Assembly: GCA_012521315.1 (NCBI GenBank) | Contig: JAAYMP010000033.1 | Coordinates: 1-45,448 of the forward strand | Length of the DNA stretch: 45,448 nt | From: Bacillota bacterium | GTDB taxonomy: Bacteria > Bacillota > UBA4882 > UBA10575 | Reading direction: 5' to 3' | In this document: one piece after another, positions 35,887-44,414 of the stretch | Layout: every line of letters begins with the position of its first letter | How positions within the stretch are numbered: position 1 is the first letter of the stretch | Made by a program: the position numbers and the translations under genes | The notes under the pieces: generated by a model | What the model saw: the letters and a program-made list of their open reading frames with translations, nothing else | What the model was told of the DNA's origin: nothing | Database searches by the model: none

Positions 35887-37203
35887 GTGCAAAGGGTGCA
35901 TCATAAACGGTGGATAACCATCTTCCTGATTGGCACGTTCCTTATCTCATCAACCTTATTAACTTCATTAACTTCGGCCCAAACTTCTGATCCGCTCCGG
36001 ATCCAGGCTGAAGCCGCGATCCTGGTCGACGCCGCCTCCGGCAAGATTCTTTACCAGAAAAACGCGGACCAACCTTTGGCCATGGCCAGCATGTCAAAGA
36101 TTCTTACCGAATACTTAATCCTGGAGGCCATCAAAAACCAGCAAATCTCCTGGGATGATACGACCGGGATCAGCGATTATGCGTACCGTGTTTCCCAGAA
36201 TCTTGCCCTCTCCAATGTTCCGCTCCGCCGGAACGAACACTATACCATCAGGGAACTTTATGAAGCAATGGCCATCTATTCGGCCAACGGCGCCACCATC
36301 GCCCTGGCGGAAGTGCTGGCGGGCAGTGAAACCGAGTTTGTCCGCCTGATGAACGCCAAAGCGAAAGCGTTGGGGATGGAGAACTTCACTTTCGTCAATG
36401 CTACCGGTTTAAACAATAAAGATTTATTCGGCCTGCACCCGGCCGGGGCGGCCGACGCGGAAAATCTGGCTTCCGCCAGAGATACGGCGTTACTTGCCCT
36501 CCGTATCCTGGAGGATTATCCGGAAGTACTGAACTTCGCCGGCATCCCCCGGAAAACCTTCCGCCCCGACACCCCGGATGCCATTCGCATGGACAACTGG
36601 AACTGGATGTTACCGGAACTGATCTACGGTTACGAAGGGGTCGACGGGTTAAAAACCGGTTCCACGGCCCTGGCGGGCTACTGTTTCACCGCCACCGCCC
36701 AGCGGAACGGGCGCCGCCTCATCTCGGTGGTGATGAAGAGCCGTTCCTACGCCGACCGTTTCCAGGAAACAAAAAAACTCCTGGATTACGGCTTTAACAA
36801 CTTTGAGCAGAAAGAACTGGTCCCCGCCGGTTACCAGGATCCGGAGCAGCCGAGTCTCCCCGTGCGAAAAGGAAGAACCAACCGGGTGGGGATCGCCACG
36901 GCCCAACCGTTAACGCTCCTGGTCCGGCGGGGTGAAGCCGACCGCTACCAACCCCAAGTGCAGCTGGAAACGGAACGTCTTACCGCCCCGGTGGCCAAAG
37001 GTCAAGAGGTCGGGAGACTATTCGCCGCATATACGGGGCCAAACCAATACGAGTATCTGACCGCCGATGGCCCGTTGCGGGAGAGTGTAGCGCTGGTCAC
37101 CACGACCGGGGTGGAAAAAGCCGGCTTTTTCCGGCTCATCTTCCAACAGATCGGCGCCTTCTTTTCCTGGCTCGCCCAACAGATCCGCGGTCTGTTTTCA
37201 TAA
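35887..37203 (+). CDS. dacA: D-alanyl-D-alanine carboxypeptidase (PBP5 type)
   Basis: SMSK (SxxK), SAN (SxN), KTG; signal peptide; C-terminal amphipathic helix; extended -10 TGtTATAAT upstream. Confidence 0.92.
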   Translation: MQRVHHKRWITIFLIGTFLISSTLLTSLTSAQTSDPLRIQAEAAILVDAASGKILYQKNADQPLAMASMSKILTEYLILEAIKNQQISWDDTTGISDYAYRVSQNLALSNVPLRRNEHYTIRELYEAMAIYSANGATIALAEVLAGSETEFVRLMNAKAKALGMENFTFVNATGLNNKDLFGLHPAGAADAENLASARDTALLALRILEDYPEVLNFAGIPRKTFRPDTPDAIRMDNWNWMLPELIYGYEGVDGLKTGSTALAGYCFTATAQRNGRRLISVVMKSRSYADRFQETKKLLDYGFNNFEQKELVPAGYQDPEQPSLPVRKGRTNRVGIATAQPLTLLVRRGEADRYQPQVQLETERLTAPVAKGQEVGRLFAAYTGPNQYEYLTADGPLRESVALVTTTGVEKAGFFRLIFQQIGAFFSWLAQQIRGLFS

Positions 37204-37236
37204 AAAAAGCGGTGGCCCGGCGCCACCAGCTTTTTT
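37202..37236. terminator. bidirectional terminator between dacA and trxA
   Basis: A7-GCGGTGGC...GCCACCAGC-T6. Confidence 0.8.
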
Positions 37237-37555
37237 ATGAAACCCACTTGTCCAGAACCGCGGCAATCCGCTGCTTGGGGAGGGCACCGTTGATGGTCTC
37301 CACCACCTTGCCGTCTTTAAAGATGAGCATGGTGGGGATGGTCATGATCTGGTACTGGGTGGAAAGGGCCATGTTTTCATCGGTGTTTACCTTGCCAATC
37401 TTGACTTTTCCCGCATACTCTTCGGCCAGTTGGTCAATGATCGGGGCCACCATCCGGCAAGGGCCGCACCAGGGTGCCCAAAAATCAACCATCGCCACGC
37501 CTTTATAGTCGAGGACTTCCGTTTTAAAGTTATCCTGGGTTAACGTCAACGCCAT
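37235..37555 (-). CDS. trxA: thioredoxin
   Basis: DFWAPWCGPC, TIPT. Confidence 0.97.
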   Translation of the reverse strand: MALTLTQDNFKTEVLDYKGVAMVDFWAPWCGPCRMVAPIIDQLAEEYAGKVKIGKVNTDENMALSTQYQIMTIPTMLIFKDGKVVETINGALPKQRIAAVLDKWVS

Positions 37556-37574
37556 CTTTTTTCCCTCCTTAAAA

Positions 37575-37874
37575 TTAGTAAAACTTCTTGAAAACTTCAG
37601 TGAAACGTTCCACGGCCGCCTCGGGGTTACCGCCCTTGGCCATTTCCTGCGCGAGGCAGGTCGCCAGCCGGTTACTTAAGATCGTCATCGCCACTTGCAC
37701 CACAGCCGCTTTAACCGCCGCCGCCTGGTAGACCACTTCTTCACAGGAACGCTCCTCGGCAATCATCCGCTGCAACCCCCGCACCTGGCCTTCGATCCGG
37801 CGCAGCCGTTTCAAGAGGTCTTCTTTAATATCTCCGGAAATCTGGTCAATATAATCAACTTCTTGCTGGACCAT
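37575..37874 (-). CDS. CsoR/RcnR-family repressor lacking the His ligand
   Basis: LLKRLRRIEGQVRGLQRMI.EERSCEEV..Q...V.AA...RLATC. Confidence 0.9.
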   Translation of the reverse strand: MVQQEVDYIDQISGDIKEDLLKRLRRIEGQVRGLQRMIAEERSCEEVVYQAAAVKAAVVQVAMTILSNRLATCLAQEMAKGGNPEAAVERFTEVFKKFY

Positions 37875-37892
37875 CCTTCCTTTCCACCTCCT

Positions 37893-37911
37893 TACCATAC
37901 CCCCTATGGTA
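37893..37911. promoter_or_regulatory. CsoR-type operator
   Basis: TACCATA-CCCCC-TATGGTA: inverted repeat around a C/G tract, just downstream of the -10. Confidence 0.85.
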
Positions 37912-37912
37912 T

Positions 37913-37941
37913 ATAATAGGCAAGATTTTTCCTTTTGTCAA
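37913..37941 (-). promoter_or_regulatory. SigA promoter of the csoR-like/trxA operon
   Basis: TTGACA-N17-TATTAT. Confidence 0.8.
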
Positions 37942-37955
37942 GGGGGGAGGATGCC

Positions 37956-39617
37956 TTAAATTTCAAATTTCCCCGCCACCGGAAGCCGCCGTTTGGGTCC
38001 CAACGGGTTCGTCGTCACCCGTAAACCGGGGGCCGTTTGCCGTCGTTTGAACTCGCTCCGGTGGACCGCTCTGACCACCCAGTCCACCATCGCCTCCGCA
38101 AACCCGGCCGCTTTGATTTCGGCCGGTGTCCAGTTCTCCTCGAGATAGAGCGCCAAAATCCGGTCAAGAACAGGGTAGGGGGGAAGAGTATCCTGATCGA
38201 ACTGGTTCGGGCGCAACTCCGCCGAGGGTGGCTTGTTGATGATCGCCGCCGGGATCACTTCCCGCTCCCGGTTGGCCTCCGCCGCCAATTCGTAGACCAT
38301 CGTTTTGGGAACGTCGGCCAGGACCCCAAGGCCGCCGCTGAGATCAACCCCGTTCAGGGTAGCATAACCCACCATCAATTCGCTTTTGTTGCCGGCGGTC
38401 AGCACTAAATAGCCATATTTATTCGAGAAAGCCAGCAGGATGTTGGCCCGGATCCGGGCTTGCAAGTTCTCTTCTGTGGTGTCGGCCGGACCGTTCGGGT
38501 AGCCGATGTAGGGGCGCAGACCGGTAAGAAAGCTCTGGAGAATAGTGGTGATGGGGATCACCTGAAAGTCGATCCCCAGGTTGTGGGCCAAAAGCCGGGA
38601 ATCTTCCACGCTGCCGACGGAAGAGTAGGGGGAAGGCATCGTCACCGCCAGGACATTCTTCGGCCCCAAGGCTTCGGCCGCCAAACAACAAACCAGGGCG
38701 GAATCAATCCCGCCGGAAAGGCCGACCACCGCTTTGGTAAACCCGGTCTTCCGGGCATAGTCGCGAATCCCCAGGACCAAAGCGTCATAAACCATCCGCC
38801 GTGCCGTCGGGCGAGCGGAGGGAGTGGACCCGCCCGCGGAAGGAGCGTCCTCCCAAAGATCGACCATCGCCACCGCTTCCTGAAACGAAGGAGCCACGTA
38901 ACGCACGGTCCCATCTCCGTTGAACAAAAGGCTTTGCCCGCAAAAGATCGTCTCTTCGTTGGCGCCGACCTGGTTGACAAAGAGGAAAGGAATACGGAAA
39001 CGTTCGGCACAGGCGGCCCCAAAGCGGAACAGCTTCTCCTCCCATCCGCAATAAAAGGGGTAAGCCGCCAAGTTGATGATGAGCCCGGTTTGGGCGGCCA
39101 ATTCCATCAGCAACGGGGAGGGCTTCAACTCCTCTTGGGTGGCGGATGGTAGTGTCCAGAGGTCTTCCCCGATGAAAACCCCGAGCCGCTTCCCGTTAAT
39201 CGTCACCACGGGAGCCGGATGTCCTGGTTGAAAATAAGCCGCCTCGTTAAACAGGTCATAGGGGGGAAGGGTGGTTTTGTGCTGTGTCCACAAGAGCTCC
39301 CCCCCGACGTACAGAAGGGCCGAGTTGTACCAGCCCATTCCTGTTCCCGCTGCCTTTGGCGTTGGCGCGCCCACGAGAATGGCGGTACCCCGGTGGCGGG
39401 CCGATATACACCCTAAACGCTCGAGCGCCGCAGAGACTTGCTGCCGAAACCACTCCTTCTCCAAGAGCCCGAAGGGCGGGTACCCGGTGAGATAAAGCTC
39501 CGGCAGGACCAGCAGATCGCTGTCCGCCGCCTCCTCCGCCAGCAGGTGTTCGATCCGGTCCAGATTGCCGCTTAAATCGCCCACAACCGGATTCAGTTGC
39601 GCAATAGTGATCCGCAT
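37956..39617 (-). CDS. nadE: two-domain NAD+ synthetase (nitrilase-like domain plus synthetase)
   Basis: AQLNPVVGD, PELYLTGYP, GLSGGIDS, ENLQARIR, GNKSE, PSAELRPNQ.DQD, SEFKRRQ; the glutaminase Cys is replaced (IGEDLW). Confidence 0.92.
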   Translation of the reverse strand: MRITIAQLNPVVGDLSGNLDRIEHLLAEEAADSDLLVLPELYLTGYPPFGLLEKEWFRQQVSAALERLGCISARHRGTAILVGAPTPKAAGTGMGWYNSALLYVGGELLWTQHKTTLPPYDLFNEAAYFQPGHPAPVVTINGKRLGVFIGEDLWTLPSATQEELKPSPLLMELAAQTGLIINLAAYPFYCGWEEKLFRFGAACAERFRIPFLFVNQVGANEETIFCGQSLLFNGDGTVRYVAPSFQEAVAMVDLWEDAPSAGGSTPSARPTARRMVYDALVLGIRDYARKTGFTKAVVGLSGGIDSALVCCLAAEALGPKNVLAVTMPSPYSSVGSVEDSRLLAHNLGIDFQVIPITTILQSFLTGLRPYIGYPNGPADTTEENLQARIRANILLAFSNKYGYLVLTAGNKSELMVGYATLNGVDLSGGLGVLADVPKTMVYELAAEANREREVIPAAIINKPPSAELRPNQFDQDTLPPYPVLDRILALYLEENWTPAEIKAAGFAEAMVDWVVRAVHRSEFKRRQTAPGLRVTTNPLGPKRRLPVAGKFEI

Positions 39618-39667
39618 CACCCATCCCCCTATCTGTGCCGTTTCCTGGTGCACGGTAAGAACAACTT

Positions 39668-40078
39668 TTAACTGTCTTGTTTGGCCTTTAGGAAACTCCC
39701 TAGTTTAGTATCGGTCATCATAATATGATTAATCAACCAATCGACCACCACCCGGTTGGTGTGGGCAAGCAGCCAGAGGCCAGCCCCCTCGGCTTCAAAC
39801 TTTGCTTTTAACTCCAAAAAGTTCCCCACAAATTTTTCGTGTTCTGCCCGGTGCTTTTCGTACTCGGGATAAGCCTGGTCCCGCATGAACTTTTCTTCCG
39901 TCCCAAAGTGGATCTTTACGTAATCCCCTAAAAAAGACAACAGACTGCCAATTTTTTGTTTCCCTTCCCCTTGCCGGCAGGCGACCAAAAGGTCATTGAC
40001 CTTGCTGAAGAGCTCTTGGTGTTGCCGGTCAATCTCCGGCACGCCAACCGCATACTGGGGTGTCCATTTGATCAACAT
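39668..40078 (-). CDS. bacteriohemerythrin (single domain)
   Basis: W...Y.VG...ID.QH, HF..EE..M, H..EH, WL..HI...D; all iron ligands present. Confidence 0.93.
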   Translation of the reverse strand: MLIKWTPQYAVGVPEIDRQHQELFSKVNDLLVACRQGEGKQKIGSLLSFLGDYVKIHFGTEEKFMRDQAYPEYEKHRAEHEKFVGNFLELKAKFEAEGAGLWLLAHTNRVVVDWLINHIMMTDTKLGSFLKAKQDS

Positions 40079-40119
40079 GCCTAGGCTAGCACCTCTTTTC
40101 TGGATTAATCATACTGTTT

Positions 40120-40144
40120 ATTCCTCCTTTCCCACCGAAACCCT
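40120..40144 (-). promoter_or_regulatory. SigH-like promoter for hemerythrin-nadE
   Basis: AGGG-N17-GAAT. Confidence 0.4.
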
Positions 40145-40183
40145 CTTCCCGGCCGCAAAATTAATTTGACCGCAAACAAGCAC

Positions 40184-40210
40184 AAAAAAGGCGGACCCTG
40201 CTGTCCGCCT
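40184..40210 (-). terminator. terminator after ddl
   Basis: GGCGGAC/GTCCGCC stem plus T6 on the minus strand. Confidence 0.75.
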
Positions 40211-40225
40211 CCAACCGCCCTTCTG

Positions 40226-41320
40226 CTAAGCTTTTCGGCCGCCGGGCCGGTTTTGAAAACGTTCCAAAGCTAATTCGGCCAAGCGCTCAATCAACTCCGG
40301 GTAAGAGACCCCGCTGGCGGCCCAGAGCTTGGGATACATACTAATCTTGGTAAAACCGGGGATCGTGTTGATCTCATTAACGAAGATCCGTCCGTCCTGC
40401 TTCAGAACGAAGAAATCTACGCGGCCCATGCCCGCACAATCGACCGCTTTAAACGCCCGCACCGCCAGATCCTGCACGTTAGCCGTTTGTTCCGGGGTCA
40501 AGCGGGCAGGAATAATCAACTCGGAATCGTTTTTCACGTATTTATCCTCGTAACTATAGAATTCCGCCCCCGGGACGATCTCCCCCGGCACGGAGGCGCG
40601 GGGTTCATCATTGCCGAGGACCGCACATTCCACTTCGTAGCCGTCCAAAAAGGCCTCCACCACTACCTTCCGGTCATAAGTTAGGGCCACCGGGAAAGCC
40701 GCTTCCAACTCCGCGCGGTTGTGGGCTTTGCTAATGCCCACACTTGACCCCATATTGGCCGGTTTCACAAAACAGGGATAGCCCAACCGGTTCTCGATGG
40801 TAGCGCAGATCAGCGCGCGGTCTTTCTCCCATTCGTAGCGCCGGAAAACCAGATAATCACCGACGGGAAGGCCATGGTGCTTGAAGAGGGCTTTCATGAT
40901 TTCTTTATCCATCCCGGCCGCCGAAGCCATGACCCCGCCGCCAATATAAGGAATCCCGGCCAATTCCAAGAGCCCTTGCACCGTACCGTCTTCACCCATT
41001 GGTCCGTGGAGAAGGGGAAAGACCAAGTCAACCTCCGTACGCAGGTAACCCAGTAAAAACCCGTTTTGGTTCTGCACGATCCGGTCGGCGGCCGTGCTTT
41101 CGCCGCCGCTAACCTCGTAACAACCCCTTTCGACCAACGACTCCGGGGCGAGCCCGGGAATCCACTGCCCGGCTTTGGTAATCCCAATCGGTAATACTTC
41201 AATTTTTCCCCGGATCGCCTGGACGACGGAAGCCGCCGACATCACCGAAACTTCATGCTCACCCGATTGTCCGCCGTAGAGCAGCGCCATTTTCAGCCCC
41301 ATCCTGCGGGTCACCACCAT
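40226..41320 (-). CDS. ddl: D-alanine--D-alanine ligase
   Basis: GGQSGEHEVS, LHGPMGEDG, KPANMGSSVG, FYSYEDKY, NEINTIPGFT; start may be a few codons downstream. Confidence 0.96.
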   Translation of the reverse strand: MVVTRRMGLKMALLYGGQSGEHEVSVMSAASVVQAIRGKIEVLPIGITKAGQWIPGLAPESLVERGCYEVSGGESTAADRIVQNQNGFLLGYLRTEVDLVFPLLHGPMGEDGTVQGLLELAGIPYIGGGVMASAAGMDKEIMKALFKHHGLPVGDYLVFRRYEWEKDRALICATIENRLGYPCFVKPANMGSSVGISKAHNRAELEAAFPVALTYDRKVVVEAFLDGYEVECAVLGNDEPRASVPGEIVPGAEFYSYEDKYVKNDSELIIPARLTPEQTANVQDLAVRAFKAVDCAGMGRVDFFVLKQDGRIFVNEINTIPGFTKISMYPKLWAASGVSYPELIERLAELALERFQNRPGGRKA

Positions 41321-41379
41321 TCTTTTCTGTTCTCGTTTCCGATTCCTAATATATCATATACAACAAGCCGGCCGGAAAA

Positions 41380-42582
41380 TTACGGCAAATAACCGGCCGG
41401 ATCAACGGGGGCCCCGTCTTTCCGCACCTCAAAATGGAGATGGGGGCCGGTACTCAAACCTGTGCTTCCCGATTTGGCGATCACCTGTCCCTGGGCCACC
41501 GCATCCCCTTCTTTTACTAACAGCCGCGAGTTATGGGCATAGGCCGTGGCCAGGCCGTTTCCGTGGTCAATCACGATATAGTAGCCGTAACCACCGTTCC
41601 ATCCGCTGATCATGACCCGCCCCCGGTCCGCCGCCAGCACATCGGTCCCCGTGGGAACGGCAATATCTATCCCCGAGTGAAACCGTTTCTGTTTTAGAAT
41701 CGGGTGCATCCGCTCCCCGAAAGGCGAACTGATCCGCGCTTTGACCGGCAGCGGCCAGATCAGCTTGCCGGTGCCCAGGGCTTCCTTTTGCTGTCGCCGT
41801 TTGATCTCGGCTTCAATCTGCCGTGAAGTCTCTTCCAGCTCATCAAGGGCGGTTTCTAATTTCTTCCGGTCCTTCTGGATCTTGTTCAGCTCAGCTTCGG
41901 CCTTCTGCACCAGCGCCGCTTTGGTTTTTTGCTGTTCCGCCGCGGCTTTTTCCAAGGAAATGACCGTGGCCCGTTGTTGGTCCAGTTCCCGCCTTTTTCC
42001 CTGGAGCGTTCTCTGGTGGGCGCTGATCTCTTCCTTAAGCGCCGATACTTCGGCGATCAATCGGGCATCGGCCCGCAGAAAATAGGAGACCATCTCAAAT
42101 TTACTGATTAAATCGGCGAAATTCTCCGCGGCCACCAACAGTTCCAGATAGCTCAAGGGACCATATTTGTAGACGGCAACCAAGCGCCGGTTGTATTGGT
42201 CCGCCCGCTCGCGTTGGAGGCGGTTCAACCGGGCCAACTCCTTTTCCACCTGGGCCTGTTCCCGTTCCAACTTGGCGATCTCCCCTTGCACCAGGCGCAA
42301 CCTTTGGTCCAACCTCTCCAGTTCCAACTCAATCTGGTCCAGTTCCTGCTGGGCGGTGATTAAAGCGCTCAAGACCGATGATTCCTGCTTTTTCATGGTC
42401 GAGAGCTGCTGTTTTGTCCGTTCAATCAAACGGTTGATCCGCTCCAGTTCCCCTTCTTCCTGAGCCGTAAGGAGAGGGACAAAGATAAGGAAGCACAGGA
42501 AAACAAAGACCCAGCCAAACATGCTGCGTCGTCCTTCTTGCTGCATCACGCTCATCCTTTGACCCGAAGTTAATCGCACCAA
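41380..42582 (-). CDS. coiled-coil M23 peptidase (EnvC/CwlO-like architecture)
   Basis: Signal peptide, long coiled coil, HSGID and HLH Zn ligands intact; start uncertain. Confidence 0.9.
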   Translation of the reverse strand: MVRLTSGQRMSVMQQEGRRSMFGWVFVFLCFLIFVPLLTAQEEGELERINRLIERTKQQLSTMKKQESSVLSALITAQQELDQIELELERLDQRLRLVQGEIAKLEREQAQVEKELARLNRLQRERADQYNRRLVAVYKYGPLSYLELLVAAENFADLISKFEMVSYFLRADARLIAEVSALKEEISAHQRTLQGKRRELDQQRATVISLEKAAAEQQKTKAALVQKAEAELNKIQKDRKKLETALDELEETSRQIEAEIKRRQQKEALGTGKLIWPLPVKARISSPFGERMHPILKQKRFHSGIDIAVPTGTDVLAADRGRVMISGWNGGYGYYIVIDHGNGLATAYAHNSRLLVKEGDAVAQGQVIAKSGSTGLSTGPHLHFEVRKDGAPVDPAGYLP

Positions 42583-42593
42583 TTAATGCTAAA

Positions 42594-42618
42594 TTTCGCT
42601 TTTGTTCGGGGTTTTCCT
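42594..42618 (-). promoter_or_regulatory. SigH-like promoter for the M23 gene
   Basis: gcAGGA-N17-GAAA. Confidence 0.45.
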
Positions 42619-42730
42619 GCCATCCTTCGGGAATTCCAAGGCCCGATCGGCCAACAAATTCGCAAATACCGGCTTTTTGCCATCCCTTCCTTTCGCGGCG
42701 CCAGCCTGTTGGCGGAGGCGGCTACCGATC

Positions 42731-42760
42731 TTGTACGGCCCTATACGGACCTATACGGCC
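42731..42760. repeat. 3x imperfect 10-bp tandem repeat
   Basis: ttgtacggcc ctatacggac ctatacggcc, spanning the stop codon of the upstream gene. Confidence 0.6.
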
Positions 42761-44148
42761 GGGTCCCCACACCACCTGATCCCCAAATAGGTGGCCAGTT
42801 CCCGGTTGAGCGTGGACAGATCATTTTTATCAACCGCACTCAAGTTCTCTTTCCCCAAACACGCCGCGGCCAACTGCATCTCCTCCACCGCCGCTTTTAA
42901 GAAATTGGCCAGGCTTTGCGCCCCTTGATCGATATTGAGCTTGTTTTTCTGTGGCGAGCCTTCAAAGATCAATTTAGTCGGCGGTTCCCACGGCAGGACC
43001 TTGACCGCTTGGGTATGAACCAAAGAAAGCAGAGCGATGGTCCCGATAAAGACCGCATCCGCCCCCAAAGCCAGGGCTTTCAAGAAATCCATCCCCGTAA
43101 AGAGGCCACCCCCGATCAAGAGGGAGATCTTGCCCGACAGTTTTGCCTTGTCCAAAAACCGTCGCGCCCGCACCAAGGCATAAAGGGTGGGCGTCCCCAT
43201 CGCGTCCAGCGCGGAAGCCAGCCCGCCGTGGGTCCCCCCTTCCATCCCGTCAATCGCGATAAAATCGGGTTTGGCCTCGACCAGGATCTCCAGTTCCCGT
43301 TCGAGCCATTGGGTGGCCCCCAGTTTAAACCCCACCGGCACGCCCTCCGTTTGCGCTCTGATCGCCCTCACCAGTTCCTTTAAATCCTGGTTCGATTTCA
43401 CCTCCAACAAACGGGGCGGGATCACCGCCTTTTCCCCCGGCTTGACGCCTAAAAGTTGACGCAGTTGGGGATTGCGGGCCAAACGGCGCGGAGAGAGCTC
43501 GGCCGGGGCCGGTCCCCACAAGCCTTGTCCCAGTTGGATCTCGACGGCATCCGCTTTTTGTAAAACCTCCATGTCCTTCGCCCAGCTCCCGCGGGCATAT
43601 TGAATGATCAGTTTCTCGGCGGCGGCCCGTTCCGCCGGCAAAAACGGCCCGTTCCCGGTGTTGGCCGCCGTCCCGGCCATGGTCGCCCCCAAAGCCAGCG
43701 CTTGCTTGGTTTTTGCGCTCAACGCCGTCCCGTAGGCCATTCCCCCGATCAGCACCGGAATCCTTATTTTTAAAGGATACTTGGCCTCCGGGCCAATCAC
43801 CACCTCCGTGCCGACTTCCGTGTAGTCCAACAACGGCTGGCGGTAGAAATAACCCGGACTGAAAAAAAGATCTTTCCAGGGCGAAACCACAAGCCGTCGG
43901 CCAAAGGGCCGCTCCGGTGGTTGCCCGTGGGCCGCCCGCAATTCCGTCTCGACTAAACGGCCGAGCCCAATCTTTTTCGCCAGATTATAAGTTTCAAAGA
44001 GATTGCTCCAGTAACGTTCGGTGGTAATCCGTTTATACAAAAACGCAAAGATGAAGGAGGACAAACCCCGGCTGGCCACCACCAGCAGGCAGGAGAAGGC
44101 GATTAACCCCGTTACGGTCGCCAAAACACCCAGACCGAATAGTTCCAT
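42751..44148 (-). CDS. FMN-binding glutamate synthase family protein with an N-terminal TM
   Basis: GGMAYG.ALS, NTG.G, EIQLGQG, DGMEGGT, DFLKALALGADAV; start uncertain (ORF track gives 44199). Confidence 0.85.
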   Translation of the reverse strand: MELFGLGVLATVTGLIAFSCLLVVASRGLSSFIFAFLYKRITTERYWSNLFETYNLAKKIGLGRLVETELRAAHGQPPERPFGRRLVVSPWKDLFFSPGYFYRQPLLDYTEVGTEVVIGPEAKYPLKIRIPVLIGGMAYGTALSAKTKQALALGATMAGTAANTGNGPFLPAERAAAEKLIIQYARGSWAKDMEVLQKADAVEIQLGQGLWGPAPAELSPRRLARNPQLRQLLGVKPGEKAVIPPRLLEVKSNQDLKELVRAIRAQTEGVPVGFKLGATQWLERELEILVEAKPDFIAIDGMEGGTHGGLASALDAMGTPTLYALVRARRFLDKAKLSGKISLLIGGGLFTGMDFLKALALGADAVFIGTIALLSLVHTQAVKVLPWEPPTKLIFEGSPQKNKLNIDQGAQSLANFLKAAVEEMQLAAACLGKENLSAVDKNDLSTLNRELATYLGIRWCGDPAV

Positions 44149-44282
44149 CACAATTCGCTTCACCCGCTTGATGATTATTAATAATAGTATTCTAACCAAA
44201 AATACCGCTTTCTAACCGCCTTTCCTGGTCTTACCAAACTTTTTGTTTTTTCTCAGAACTGGTTCTTCCTCTAATTCCCACT

Positions 44283-44307
44283 AGGAAATCCCAGCTCTAG
44301 CAAGAAT
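44283..44307 (+). promoter_or_regulatory. SigH-like promoter for the LysM hydrolase
   Basis: AGGA-N17-GAAT. Confidence 0.55.
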
Positions 44308-44414
44308 TATGGTTTATGCCAGGTCGTCCATGTCGCTGTAGATCCGACTTTCATCACACCTCCAATTGCCGTTGGCGACCAAAAACGACAACATGAAAGA
44401 GGAGTGTTCACAAG

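Noticed and set aside
42731-42760. 10-bp triple repeat as a CRISPR or regulatory array
   Set aside because: Too short and without spacers; most likely a local slippage duplication at a stop codon.
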